Assembly: GCA_013265495.1 (NCBI GenBank)
Contig: MU058667.1
Coordinates: 124,001-188,000 of the forward strand
DNA length: 64,000 bases
Source: Vicugna vicugna
Lineage: Eukaryota
Reading direction: 5' to 3'
The notes beneath the pieces are model-generated. The model did not search any database, had not been told where the DNA came from, and worked only from the letters and a program-made list of their open reading frames with translations. Shown here in pieces: positions 13,701-25,544 of the stretch (within the stretch, counting starts at the first letter, position 1; each line of letters begins with the position of its first letter). Position numbers and translations under genes: made by a program.

Positions 13701-15196
13701 GCCCAATTGTGAAATTGAGACTCTTTAGGGATTCAATTTCTGTAGTCATAGGTCATGCAGGATTAAACGAATTTGGAGGTGTGGATTTTAGTGGGTTTAG
13801 GTTGTGGAGATTGTCAACACAGATAAACTGAAGCAAAAGGTGAATTTTCTCAATACTGTTCTCAATAGGCTTTAAGTATAATTAACAACAGCTGGCAAGA
13901 GCTCAGGTCTATTTCCATTTATATTGGCCACTAGCCCAAACAAGAAAAATGGATTTTTGCCAATCATAAAGCTAAAAACTATCAATAGGGAATGCCGTTT
14001 TTAATTTCAAAACCGCAAGAGGACATGTAGCATACAGAAAGGAGTCCGAGAGAACTTTCCATTCTTTTCTCTCGGCTTCAGCTCCACTCATTCAAGTTTG
14101 TTTATTGCCTATGTGTCAGGTCTTGAAGTTGCTTTCAGGGAGCGGCAGGAAACACTGTTAACGAAAGTGTTAAAATGAAATGCCTGTTCTCAGTTGATAA
14201 CAGAGGTGTGAATCATGCATTGTAGAAGCACAAAGAAGAGCAACTAACTCTGCCTGGAAAGCTTCACAGAGAAGATGCGTTTGAAGCTGACCTTGAAAGA
14301 TGAGTAGAAAGAAGGTCACTAAAAGAAGGGCCAAGGAATTCAATATTTGATGCTGATCCTTCTTACTGCACTGACTATAAATTCCATGTGGTTGGGCTTG
14401 ATCTTGCTCATTGTTGTGTGCCTGGCGCCAGCTCAGGACCCGGCACGCAGCAAATGTTCTAAAATATTAGCTGACTCGATTGACGGAAAATATCTTTGGC
14501 AGAGAGAACCACATGTACAATAACAAATAAACAACACAATGATTTTTCTGGATTGTGATTTATCATATCAGCACCATTAGCTTCTGGAAAGGAAAGAGAC
14601 ATCTCCTAAGATAGCTCAAAAGAGCAAGCACTGGAGAAGAAGCCACAACCTGAGTTCTAGTCCCAGCCCTGTTATTAACAAGTTTCCTGACTGAATCAGT
14701 GATTATCCTGTACCACCCTCAGTTTTCTCACTTGTAAAACAACCTTGGAAGGGTTTATGATTACAACATTACATTTTCTAAAAAACGGAAACAATTAATA
14801 GAAGGGGAAAATGTAGCACTGCAATTTTCCTTCTTTTTCTAAATGCAAAATTAACACAAGCATCCCAGCTTTCAGATGGCAGGCGGAGTGCGTACTGGTC
14901 ATCTCTTCCTCCCTTGCCAAAATTGCAGGACTGATAAAAACAGGTTCATAAACATTTAAAAACAAGAAGGAACTTTCTTTCGATCCAAAGCTGTGATCAA
15001 GTGGGAAACCAGAGCGGTGAGCTGAGGCTCCTGCTGCCTCAAAGTGTTGCTCTTTGTCACATGCTTCCTGACTGGGGGCCTTCTGGTTCTCTCTAATCTA
15101 ACCAAAGAGATGAAGAGATAGAAAAAATTGAAACTGAGAGGAAAGATAAGAGGCACTGAAGATAAGAGGCATGGAGAATGTATCATCAATCTAATG

Positions 15197-16015
15197 CAGG
15201 TGTTTTTAAAACGTTTTATGCTGTGGATCTCTCTTCAGCAGCTTAGTGAAGATGATGGATCCCTTTTGTCTCAAGTCTGGTCCAGCTGCTATAACAAAAT
15301 ACCATAGTTGGGGTGGCTTATAACAACAGAAATTTATTTCTCATAGTTCTGAAGGCGGGGTAGTCCAAGATCAAGGTGCTGGCGTGGTCGTGTTCTGGTG
15401 AGGGCTATTTTCTTGGTCTATAGCCAGTGCCTTCTTGCTGTGCCCTCACATGGTGGAAGGGGTAAGGGAGCTCTCTGAGGCCTCTTTATAAGGGCACTAA
15501 TCCCATTCATGAGGGCTCCACCCTCTTGACCTAAGCACTTCCCAAAGGCTCCACCTCCTAACACCATCACATTGGGCATTAGAATTTCAATATGTGACTT
15601 TTGGGGGGACACAAACATTTAGGCCATAGCACCTTCTCAGACTAATACCTTCAACTGCATAAAATAAAATATATAAGTAATCAATTATATTGAAATGCAG
15701 TTATCAAAATATTAAAATTTTGTCATTTATTAACATATTAATGAATTAAATAAGATGTGACAGCCAGTTTATTATCATTTTTGAGATATCTGCCCCAATT
15801 ATAATATAATATGAATATATCTATGATTTCTGTTGGTGATAATGTCACAGATATTGTCAGTATTGCTGTGTTTTTTTTTTTTGCCTATATGCAAATAGTG
15901 GAAAATGTTATGATTCAGTTAGAGGTTAATGAAAATTAAAATATAATAGTTTTTTCCATCCAAGTTTATGGATTCCCCTGAGTTCTATTCACAGACCTCA
16001 GGTTAAAAAACTCTG
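15197..16015 (+). mobile_element. hAT-Charlie element (Charlie4a/MER80-like), interrupted by an MLT1A LTR
   Basis: Termini caggtgtttttaaaac...ggttaaaaaactctg. Body matches the recalled Charlie4a consensus on both sides of the LTR. Confidence 0.75.
15267..15631 (-). mobile_element. MLT1A-type MaLR solo LTR
   Basis: gctgctataacaaaataccata...aacagaaatttatttctcatagttctg...ggccatagca. TG..CA ends, 5-bp TSD ccttt/ccttc. Confidence 0.85.
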
Positions 16016-16169
16016 GTCTACTAGAATTTCCAGATTTCCCCAAAACAGAGGAAATGTGATTCTTTAATGTTTTAGAACTAAAAAAAGATGCGATAACTCA
16101 GATGAATAGAGTTCACTAAATTCTAGCAGAATAATAAAAAAAATGAAATAAAGAAATATGGCTGAACAT

Positions 16170-16219
16170 AGAAGCAACCTAAATGTCCACTGACAGATGA
16201 ATGGATAAAGATGTGGGGT

Positions 16220-16276
<57 letters not shown>

Positions 16277-16735
16277 AATATTACTCAACCATAAAAATGA
16301 AATAATGCCATTTGCATCAATATGAATGTACCTAGAGATTATCATATTAAGTGAAGTAAGTCAGAGAAAGACAAATATAATATGATATCACTTATGTGTG
16401 GAATCTAAAAAAAATGATACACATGAAGTTACAAAACAGGAATAGACTCACAGACATAGAAAACAAACTTATGGTTACCAAAGGAGAAAGGGAGGGACAA
16501 ATTAGAAACTTGGAATTAACAGATACACATTACTATTTATAAAATAGATAAACAACAAGGACCTACTATATAGCACAGGGAACTCTATTCAATGTCTTGT
16601 AAGAACCTATAATAGAAAAAATCTGCAAAAAAAGGTATATATAGATATATAAGCATAGCTGAATCACTTTGTTATATACCTGAAACATTGTAAATCAACT
16701 ATACTTAAAAACAAACAAACAAACAAAAAAAACCA
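16170..16735 (+). mobile_element. L1 3' end (5'-truncated) with A-rich tail, nested in older L1 sequence
   Basis: gaagcaacctaaatgtcc...gactcacagacatagaaaacaaacttatggttacc...tail aaaaacaaacaaac. Degenerate TSD atggctgaacat / atgactgaaacat. Confidence 0.85.
16222..16274 (+). repeat. (AC)n microsatellite, ~26 units
   Basis: Uninterrupted AC run. Confidence 0.97.
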
Positions 16736-17149
16736 AACACATGACTGAAACATATGGTAAAAATATGAGCAATAAAGAGGAAACCCTAAAAACTACCAGA
16801 GTAGAAAGATGACCTACAAAGGAAGAAAAACCAAATAACCCTGGATACCTGATTAGCAACATTCTATGCAAGAAAACAATGCAGAAATATTTTTTAAATA
16901 CTGAGGGGAAATTTACTTTGAATCTACAATTTTATTCATAACCAAATTATCAGTAGTTTGAGGTAGAGTGCAAGTAAATTAATGCCATTTTTGGACATAC
17001 AAAGACTTAGAACAATTAGCACTCATAACCTAAAATAAACTATCAAGAAAAAAAATCCAGAAGGAAGTGTTGGAATGCAAGTATAATGTACACTAAGTGG
17101 GAAAAGTATTAAATAATATAGTAGTGCAAAAAATAAAAAGTGAAATAGC

Positions 17150-17985
17150 TCTGTCCTGACCCCTTTATGTGTTGTGTATTCTCCTGTACCTTTTTCAAAG
17201 CCAGTGTAAACATGTACACAAATGCAGATATAAAAGATATTTTTTATTCTTTCAACAATGAGCTCACTCTATATAAAACAGTTTGTAGTTTTTCCCACAT
17301 TCAATGTAATGTCATGCACATCCATCAATCTTGATCCATGCAGATCTATCTTACTCATTATACTTTATCTGCATTCCATAATAGAGATATTCATTTAATG
17401 TGTCCCAAATGTGGACATTGAGATGATTTTTAATATTTTGGTCTTATAAATATAAGCTTGGAGAATTTTTCGGTATTTCTATAGAACAGAGGCCTAGAGT
17501 TAGAATTCCTGGGTCAAAGAATATGTGTATTTTAAATGTTCAGAGATCTTGTCAAAATGACTTCTAAAAATATTGATAATTTATACTCAGACTAGAAGTA
17601 TATGAGATGCAGTGTTTTAAGGAAGGAAATTTTGACCATGAGACTAGACATCAAAACATCACAAAATCTTGAATGAAAGAAGCCAGATGCCAAAATATTA
17701 ATGTATGCTTCCGTTAATGTAAATTTCAGGAAAAGGCAAACAGAAGCAATGAGGGTAGAAGTCAGAATTGCAGTTACCTCTGTTTGCAGGTACATCAACT
17801 GGGAAGGGGCACAAGAGAGCCCTCTGGCGTGATGGAAATATTCTTTTTTAAAAATAGTTGTCTCAGGAGTGAAGGCAAATGTAAAAATTCATCAAGCTGT
17901 ACACATAAATATTTTTGCACATTACTGTGTACAACGATTGAAAGTTATACACAAAAAAATCAAACAAGCAAAAAAAAAAAAAAAG
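17150..17985. mobile_element. Two old L1 3'-end fragments in opposite orientation (- ~17150-17590, + ~17620-17985)
   Basis: L1ME/MC-like motifs (aattcctgggtcaaaga; gaagtcagaattgcagttacc...poly-A at ~17970). Confidence 0.55.
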
Positions 17986-18884
17986 TGACCACTGAAAGCC
18001 CAGTAAAGATAGAGGAAACTTTAACCTTGAATCACTAGCTGGAGGAAAGTTGCCCTGAAGCGGTGGCCCACTTGCTTTGGACTTGGTGTGAGCACAAAAC
18101 CCCTGAGATTTAGGGGTGTATTTGGTATCACAGCATAGCCTAAACTTTCTTGGCTAGTACAGTACTCATCATCCACAAACTGCCAAGGTCAGAAACATGG
18201 TTTGGTCAGCACACCAAGGGAGGTCTGCCTCTCATAGGCTAAGTGACACAAAACATGCTCATAAATGAATGTGTAAATGAAAATGCCAGTTTATTAAATG
18301 AAAGGGAGAGGAAAAAAGCCCTGTCATTCTAACTAGGATATCTAGTGTGTTACCATGATCAAGCCCATTCTCTCAAGACAGACCTGCACAGAAAGTCAAA
18401 CCATAATAAAAATTTGGTGCATGTGTTCTAATAGTATTAATTAGATGAACCAAATATTTAATGCCATCCTTTCAACAGAGCTTATGAATCCATTTCATAG
18501 TAAAGACAGCTTTGTCAGTGGGTCCCTAGGGAATACCTCAGGTCCCTAGACTGCAGTTTTCACTCCCCTGGGCACATACCTGAATTGCCTCAAGGAGTCC
18601 CATCTCCCCTGATCCCCCACCACCCCACTTTTTGCTTTCAATCCTATTAGCTTTTCTTGTGGGGCATGTTATTGCATTTTGTCTTATTTTTTAGATAGAT
18701 GTATCTGGTCTCTGAATCATTCTTTTTTATATATCTACTCCTAACTATGTAGTTACGTATTTTTCCTTTCAAAGAACAATCATAAATCTTTTACTTTCAA
18801 ATTCTTTGGTGGAAGTAATAGGAGTTTGAGGTGGGGGAGAATGGTGTCCTAACCATAGTCTCCAAGTACTTATAACATCCAAAC

Positions 18885-19600
18885 TAATACAGACACTAGG
18901 AATTCTATACAGTGTATCTGAATATTTCATAAGGTTTATGGGAGCATTTTATAGAATTCTTGAAGGCTTGATGGACAGTGAAGAAATTGTTATTAGAGGC
19001 TGGAGAAAAGGGGGTTCCTGTTATGTACCTATTATACAGTGGAGGAAAGTTTGGCAACACTGTTACTTGCTGAATTGTGGAATATGGAAAATATCTTTAA
19101 CAAATTGGTACATTTGGTAAGGAAACTTCCAGGCAGAATGTTGATAGTACCAAATGATTTTTTTTATTTAACTAAGTGTGAAAAGACACAGATAGAGATG
19201 AGATAAAACAACTATTCAATTTTTAGGCAGAATTGAGAGAAAATATAAAAAAAATCTAGGGTCTTTAGGTTAAAAAATAAAGATGTTTTTCATTCCTAGC
19301 CTGTCCAGAGGGCTAAAAAGTAAGGAATTGCTTTAAGGCAAAGGCTACAGCCAGGGTAGACTCTCTTTCAAGACTGTAGAAAGAGTTAAGAATGTTCTTT
19401 CTAGATCTTCTCAGCTTGATAAGAGGGCTTCTAAATATTTTAAGGCAATTTCCAACAGTTTCCTGACAGCTCAAGATGGAAAGTGTCTGTCTCAAAGAAA
19501 TTTGTGAGTGGTTATAATTTGATCTATAAGAATCCCCCAAATTTTTAAAGAGAATTGTATTGGCAGAAGCAATACCTGTTTAGACTGAAAGAGCCTAAGT
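18885..19600 (+). mobile_element. MaLR (MLT-type) internal sequence
   Basis: aactaataca LTR end followed by gaggctggagaaaagggg...gtttggcaacactg...ccaggcagaatgttg, typical of MaLR-int. Confidence 0.6.
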
Positions 19601-19649
19601 AGCTCTCAATATAGCAATGCTCAATTTTTATATGGGCAAAAATTTATAT

Positions 19650-21100
19650 TTACATCTTAAAAGCTGAATATTTTAAATTAAGTGATGTGGAAAAAAATGT
19701 GAGGTAATGTTGCAACCAAAATTGGTAGAGAATCAGAATCATATGTTGCTATTTTGAAAAGCTTGCCTACTATCAACAAAGAGAAAGTGTTTCTGAATAT
19801 TGCTGGAATTAGGCGGTACCACAGTGTCATGCTTAGTTTGAGCCATGCTTTGTCATTATGCTATGACTGATACGCGTTTCTACAATGACTGCCTGTAAAG
19901 CTGAACAATTTAGTGTGGTTACATTTTCTGCATAAGATCTTAAATGTTATTCCATTCTTTTTCAAAGACATCTTTAAAGCCAGGATCTTGCAAGAACAAT
20001 GTGAGTAAGGCATGTCTTCAAAGCCTTTGAATTCCGTGACAGATTGTCAGGTTAGTTTCCTTCATTCACTGTGTATCTTCTTTGAAGAAACTCTTTGTTT
20101 CACCTTATTGATGAACCCTAAAGGTTTTTTTTTTTTAATTTATATTTTTTATGGAAAAGAAGCAACGATGAAAGATCAAGAGAGTATCCAGTCACACTAC
20201 TGCTCATACACAACCTAAAAGAATAAATGATCCATGCAGGTACAATGTGTAACATTACCCTTAAAATTAATGGCAACATTGTAAGAAACTTTTCTTTTGA
20301 ATAACAGCCTTATGTATCTTATAATGACATAAAAAAAGGAATTTACAAATGTAAACTACTGACTTACTACAAACTGCTCCTTTTTTGCAATTTTTTTTTT
20401 CCTCTAAAGGACAGACCATCTTCCCTGGGAAATTATCAATGCCTCCTTGTTCTGGAATCTCTACAGTAGCATCACCAAACATAGAGAAAACTCTTTCCAT
20501 TCCTTTGAATCTGAGAATTTGCCTTCACCATCCAACTCACTAGCACTGTCCTCTTTGGCACCTGTGACAGTAAGTGTGTTCTTCCCTTCTCAAATATCTT
20601 TAAGCTTCAAGTCTCCATTGAACAGTTAATTAAAAGAAATTGCCTGCTTTTAATTGTAATTTAAAAATTTCCTTAGTTATTGGTATGCATTTGCTGTGCC
20701 ATATGGTAAACATAATGTTTATCATTATGCATGCAGACTACATGCACTGTTACACTCAAAAAGCAACTGATAATTAGCAATTGTATCAATTGTTTGGTGA
20801 TTATAACGCTATTCTTTAGATATTGTACATCCTAACATGATAGTCTGTTACTCATATTTGGCATTTTACTTTATTTTAAGTACATGTTAAGAATTTGGGG
20901 GTTTATGTGTAACACATTTTATTTTTTTCCCCATTTAAAAATAGGCTCCCATTCAGCGTTTTCTTGAGGATCATCAGATTTTCAGGGGTGGATTATTGAA
21001 ATGAAGCAGGATAAGCCTACATCACTATTCCTATAATAACCTGTGGACAAGTTTATGCTGTGTTTCTGACCCTCGCATATTGTGAATTGTAATTTTTAAA
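19650..21100 (-). mobile_element. Heavily decayed TcMar-Tigger (pogo-like) transposase remnant
   Basis: Minus-strand fragments occur in the expected order across frameshifts: KCIPIT, GKFSDSKEW (cf. F.ASKGW), GDA..DNFP..EQF, NSKALKT (cf. SNKKAWMT), KNGITFKIL, KAW..LWYRLIP. No terminal inverted repeats identified. Confidence 0.5.
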
Positions 21101-21334
21101 AAATTGTTATTGTTTTGTTCCTATACTACGATTGTTTTCGGGTATGTTAAGGTGGGGGATATTGAACATGAGAGTTGTATTTGATCCTGCGGAGGATCCT
21201 GGATGTTGAATAGGATAGGGTTACTGCATGGGAATTTAGGTTGTCTTCCTTGAGAATGAAAGGGTGTGTTTATCTGTGGGCAAAAGGATGTACCCAGATA
21301 TTCCCAGATATTTGGGCAACCAGAGGTATAGATC

Positions 21335-21810
21335 TATGGTAGACACTTCTGGTAGCCGGTGGTATCTGTTCTTTTCGTTTTGCTCAGTAATAAAACTCCA
21401 AGCTTTAGCTGGGCATTTGTACAACCAATAAAAATAAAAAGATTCCATTTCCCAGCCTCTCTTGCAACTAAGTATGGCCATATGACTAAGTTTTGGGCAA
21501 TGGATTGTAAGAAGTGGTTTGCATAGATCTTCTGGGGAGTTTTCTTGAAGAGAGGAAGTATTTCCTCTGCTCCTCTTTTGCTGGTCTCCCTGGCTAGCAT
21601 GTGGATGATATGGCTCAAGGTGAAGCAGCCATCTCATAAGTTAGGAGGGAAATCACAGGTAATAGTTGGCAGAGCAAACTGTCAGAAGGAGTCTGGGATC
21701 CCTGATAGGTGTGGAGCCACCATTTTAGCCTAAGACTGCTTATGTTTATCCGAGAGAGACACAAACTTTATTTTTTACCACTGTTATTTTGGGCTTTCAA
21801 TCTGAGCAAT
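21335..21810 (+). mobile_element. MLT1-type MaLR LTR
   Basis: catttcccagcctctcttgcaactaagtatggccatatgactaagttttgggcaatgg...ggagtctgggatccctgat...ccactgttattttggg is characteristic of old MLT1 LTRs. Confidence 0.7.
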
Positions 21811-21977
21811 GCTCTTTTATTATCTTTAGTTTATACTGTCTCATATTAATACACCTATTTTATATTATCTTGTTTATTTCTTGCCTATTTTTTTCCTCTT
21901 CCCCCTCTAGAATGTTGTAGTTGTATGAAAATAGACATCTAGTTGTATGAAAATAGACACCTCTCTCCCTCTCTCCC

Positions 21978-23775
21978 TTTTTGGTAACATGTTACAATTT
22001 TTATTGTGACAATGGCCTTCTGGTGAGGGTGGGGAGTTTGATCTCAAAACTATTGTTCCATTTAAGGTTTAGTTATATGGAAATTGCCATCATGACTGAT
22101 AAGTCAACCTATCTTCAGTGTTGAAAGACTCACATGGTAAACATAAAAGTACATACACGACTTAGTAGTGTATACTCAGTGGAAAACAAAAGAGCATTCA
22201 TAACAGCTATTTCTTTTAAGACATGCAGGTAACACAAATAAACACTGCGCTACTAGGATAAGTTGACACAGTTGCCACAACTTACTCAGCATTCCTTTTA
22301 GGGGTGGGGGTGGGGTTAAATTCATTACAAAAAAAGTGCCTTCAGTGCTTAGTGTTATACCCGTGCTGCCATGTCACAAAAATAGGCTTGCCAAGGTGGG
22401 CGAAGTGTATGAATGCTCGAGCCTCACAGAACTGCAATCAACTGCAACTATAATGAGACTGAATGAAGTTTACCATTTGACCAGTGGGTAATACTTCCAA
22501 CGCATTCAATTAGCTTAACTTCTGCAGTATTCTAAGCTGTTCACATTGACAATCGCATACATTGTAGTGCTTGTTGCAAGGGAGGCATGTTGTTATGGAA
22601 ATGACAGGCCAGCCAAGAAACAAGCACCACTCGGAGGGTTGGAGTACTCAGATGTATTACGCCGGCGGGCTCAGAGGGGCTTCTGCTCCGAAGCTCTGAG
22701 CACCTCCAAGATGTGCACATGAGGTTTTATAGGGTTAATTACAAGTATGGGGCTATTAGCCAATAAGGCTCAAACAACAAAAAGCAAGGAATCAGTACAC
22801 TGAAGCTTATCAATTTGGAACAGATCATGTTACTGACACTTGTTGAGCTTGGATTTACAGTTAGCTTGTTAGACCAGTAAACTGACACTAAACTTCAGAT
22901 TTACAAGTTAGCCCAGCAGAACTTAGATCAGTAAACTGACACTTATCACACTTAGATTTGTGACTTAGTTTGTTAGCCCAATTGGGCTTTTCCTTCACAA
23001 TGTAACTAGTTGTTTAGTCTACAGTATTCTGGGAAAGCATTCCTTGGGTTCTACATAAAAGTAATAGTATTAAACAGTCTAGTGGCAATCGCTGATAGGC
23101 TGTTTACATGAATGGTATTTCCTTCATTAATTGTTTTGAAAGGGCCAACTAGTGAAGGGGAAAAACCCAAAACAACCCCCAGCACTATTCCAGTTGGCTG
23201 AGCTACAGAAGTGGAAGCTCCTTACCACACAGATGGCATTTGACTGTCATTTTAGAAGGGTTTTCCTTCAAGTGAGACTACTGCATTGTCTCCCAAGTTC
23301 TCTCCAAGTGGTGAATGCTTCATTATGTCATCCATGCCATTTACATGCCACTCATGTTTAATATCTCCAAATTTCTTTTTAATGACATCTTTAAAGCTGA
23401 CATAAATAATCTTGCTTTTTAAAGGTGCACTCTCAGAAGCCCAGAATATAAATTCTTTCTTGGACTCTTCTGTTTCTCATGTGGCATCATACAGAGCCGA
23501 TTAGCAATCATTTGGAGGTACCAACGTCACAACAGATGTATAGGGATCCTCTGCAGTATCACCAGTGTCATTCCCCAAGATCTGCTTTGCTTCCTTTTCA
23601 GTCTTTTTCTCTCCCCTTAAACAGAAGATAACAGTTTTATTTCTTTTTTTGATCTCCTCTTGTGTAGATTTCCTTATTTTCTTATCGTGAAAAACTCTGG
23701 TGATGTCATCATTCACTGTAACTCCTGAGCTCTGGCTCCAGCTCTGTGGCACTAGGAGGGGGAGAAGGAGGGGTG
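21978..23775 (-). pseudogene. CFL2: Processed pseudogene of cofilin-2 (5'UTR remnant, disrupted CDS ~23728-23252, long 3'UTR)
   Basis: Minus strand translates SGVTVNDD..KIRKSTQEEIKKRNKTVIFCL..EAKQILGNDTGDTAEDPYTSVVTLVPPNDC*, and later ..VVSLEGKPF*. No introns, premature stop at 23503-23501, no ATG. The 3'UTR runs to AATAAA (tttatt 22000-22005) and a short A-tail remnant (21978-21982). Confidence 0.92.
22591..22999 (-). mobile_element. ERV solo LTR (class I-like) inserted in the CFL2 pseudogene 3'UTR
   Basis: TG...CA termini. Perfect 4-bp TSD ATGT at 22587-22590 and 23000-23003. Minus-strand TATAAAA (22731-22725), AATACA signal (~22655) and ~50-bp U3 repeats. Confidence 0.85.
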
Positions 23776-24105
23776 GTTGAAACTTCTCTCTCTTGTTCAC
23801 ATCTGAATCTACAGAGCTTAGAACAGTGCCTGGAAAATAGCATGTGCTCAGTAGATATCTGTAGAATGAATGAATGAAGACTAGATTAGAATCGGATTCC
23901 TCTAAAAGTAATAAGCGCCTGCTCTGAGAAGCTAAATTTAGAATTCCAAGGAACCTGGAAGGTTATTATAGGTGAGGAAACTGACATTTTAGAGGGGTTG
24001 TAAGACTCATAAGCCACTCAGGTTCCTTGTCATGCCAATTGTTGGCCTAGTTTTTCTAGCCAGGTGTGAGTTCTAAGATCACTGCTGCCTTACACATGTA
24101 CTATT

Positions 24106-24530
24106 TGAAGCCGAGTCCCCCTAAAACTGAGTTCCCTTACTGAGTTTATGATTAATCTATCTAAAACTTAATTCCCTTTCTTATCCCCCGCTGACCTCAA
24201 TCCCGTGCTGACTGAACTAATCAACCAGAGTCAGATGAGGAAAACTGCTGTTGTCAATAACATGGTTAATGTACTGATTGCTATCCTAAACCAGAAACAT
24301 CCTGACTCACGAAACTATGATTAAGAAATGTCTCAAGATGATGATTAATCCCAGCCGCTTTGTTTTTACTATTTAAGAAACCTCTAACTCAAGACCAGGT
24401 GGGAGTGGATCTGAAGCTTGGCTCCCACAACCTTGCTTGACGCCCTGCAAAAATCCCTTACTTTTTTACAAGCACTTGCTGTCAATTCGGCTTTCTGTGC
24501 CTCAGGCACATGAGTCCTTGCTAGGTTACT
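24106..24530 (+). mobile_element. Probable ERV solo LTR just upstream of the TMEM135 promoter
   Basis: Starts tgaagccgag and ends ctaggttact (degenerate terminal inverted repeat). Possible TSD tatt/tatc. TATA-like tatttaag at ~24370 followed by R/U5-like sequence. Confidence 0.6.
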
Positions 24531-25181
24531 TATCTGACTGATCAGCAACTGTGAGGATACTGTAGACAGGGCTGTTCAGTAGCCCAGAGTTTTGAAAGGA
24601 TGACCTCCTGCCTTTTCCCCACACAGGAAGTGCAAGAACATGGCTAACAAATTTTTCAAGCCTTCCCAAACACTGAAGAGCTTAGAAAGCCCAGCAATGG
24701 AGAGCAGTGTGGTCCCAACCAGCAGTCAGCCTTAGCTATTTATTACCTGGCACTCTAGGGCAGGAAAGCTGGCAATTCTGAGGAGGACAGTTGTCCAGGC
24801 TCTCCTCTGGCAACCATCTTCCTCCACCAGCTCCCAACAAAGACATTTAATCCTTTTCTTCCACTGCCCTCAGTTCTACTTGGCTGGGCTTTGAGAGGAC
24901 AGAGACTGGAGTACGACGTGACGCAAGTCACCTCTCCGCGCATCCTTTACAGCACGCGCGCGCCCGCGCGGGGCGTGGGGAGTGCGGAGGCGGGCGGCAG
25001 GCGCGCCCGGCTCCCTCCCTTCCTGCTCTCCCCACGCCCAGCGGGGCTCCGAGGGGCGGGCGCGCGCACCCTGCCGAGGCGCGCTGGAGGGAGCGCGCAC
25101 GCCCCGCTTCTCCCCGCCTCCCCGGTGCGCGCCCCGCCCCCTCGAGCCGCAATACGCCGAGCGCTCAACATCCGAGGACGT

Positions 25182-25197
25182 TGGCCCAGGGTAACCC
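25182..25197 (-). promoter_or_regulatory. Candidate DR4 / LXR response element
   Basis: Minus strand reads GGGTTA-CCCT-GGGCCA, close to the LXRE consensus GGGTTA-N4-AGGTCA. Confidence 0.55.
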
Positions 25198-25205
25198 TGC
25201 TGGCG

Positions 25206-25544
<339 letters not shown>

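Larger units (their letters stand above)
21830..23880 (+). mobile_element. L2 3' end split by the CFL2 retrocopy (pieces ~21830-21975 and ~23785-23880)
   Basis: Left piece ccccctctagaatgt... continues on the right as tcttgttcac...agaacagtgcctgg...gtgctcagtagatatctgtagaatgaatgaatgaa, the typical L2 tail. Confidence 0.7.

Noticed and set aside
19650..21100. Second processed pseudogene on the + strand
   Set aside because: No parent gene recognised, no poly(A) or TSD; minus-strand transposase-like motifs explain it better.
22820..22980. Three ~50-bp spaced repeats resembling a small array
   Set aside because: They lie within the U3 of the solo LTR and are ordinary enhancer-type LTR repeats.
23501..23800. 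99-aa minus-strand ORF with cofilin similarity as a functional retrogene
   Set aside because: Starts at a non-ATG codon in flanking L2 sequence, has indels and many non-conservative changes, and stops halfway through the ADF domain.
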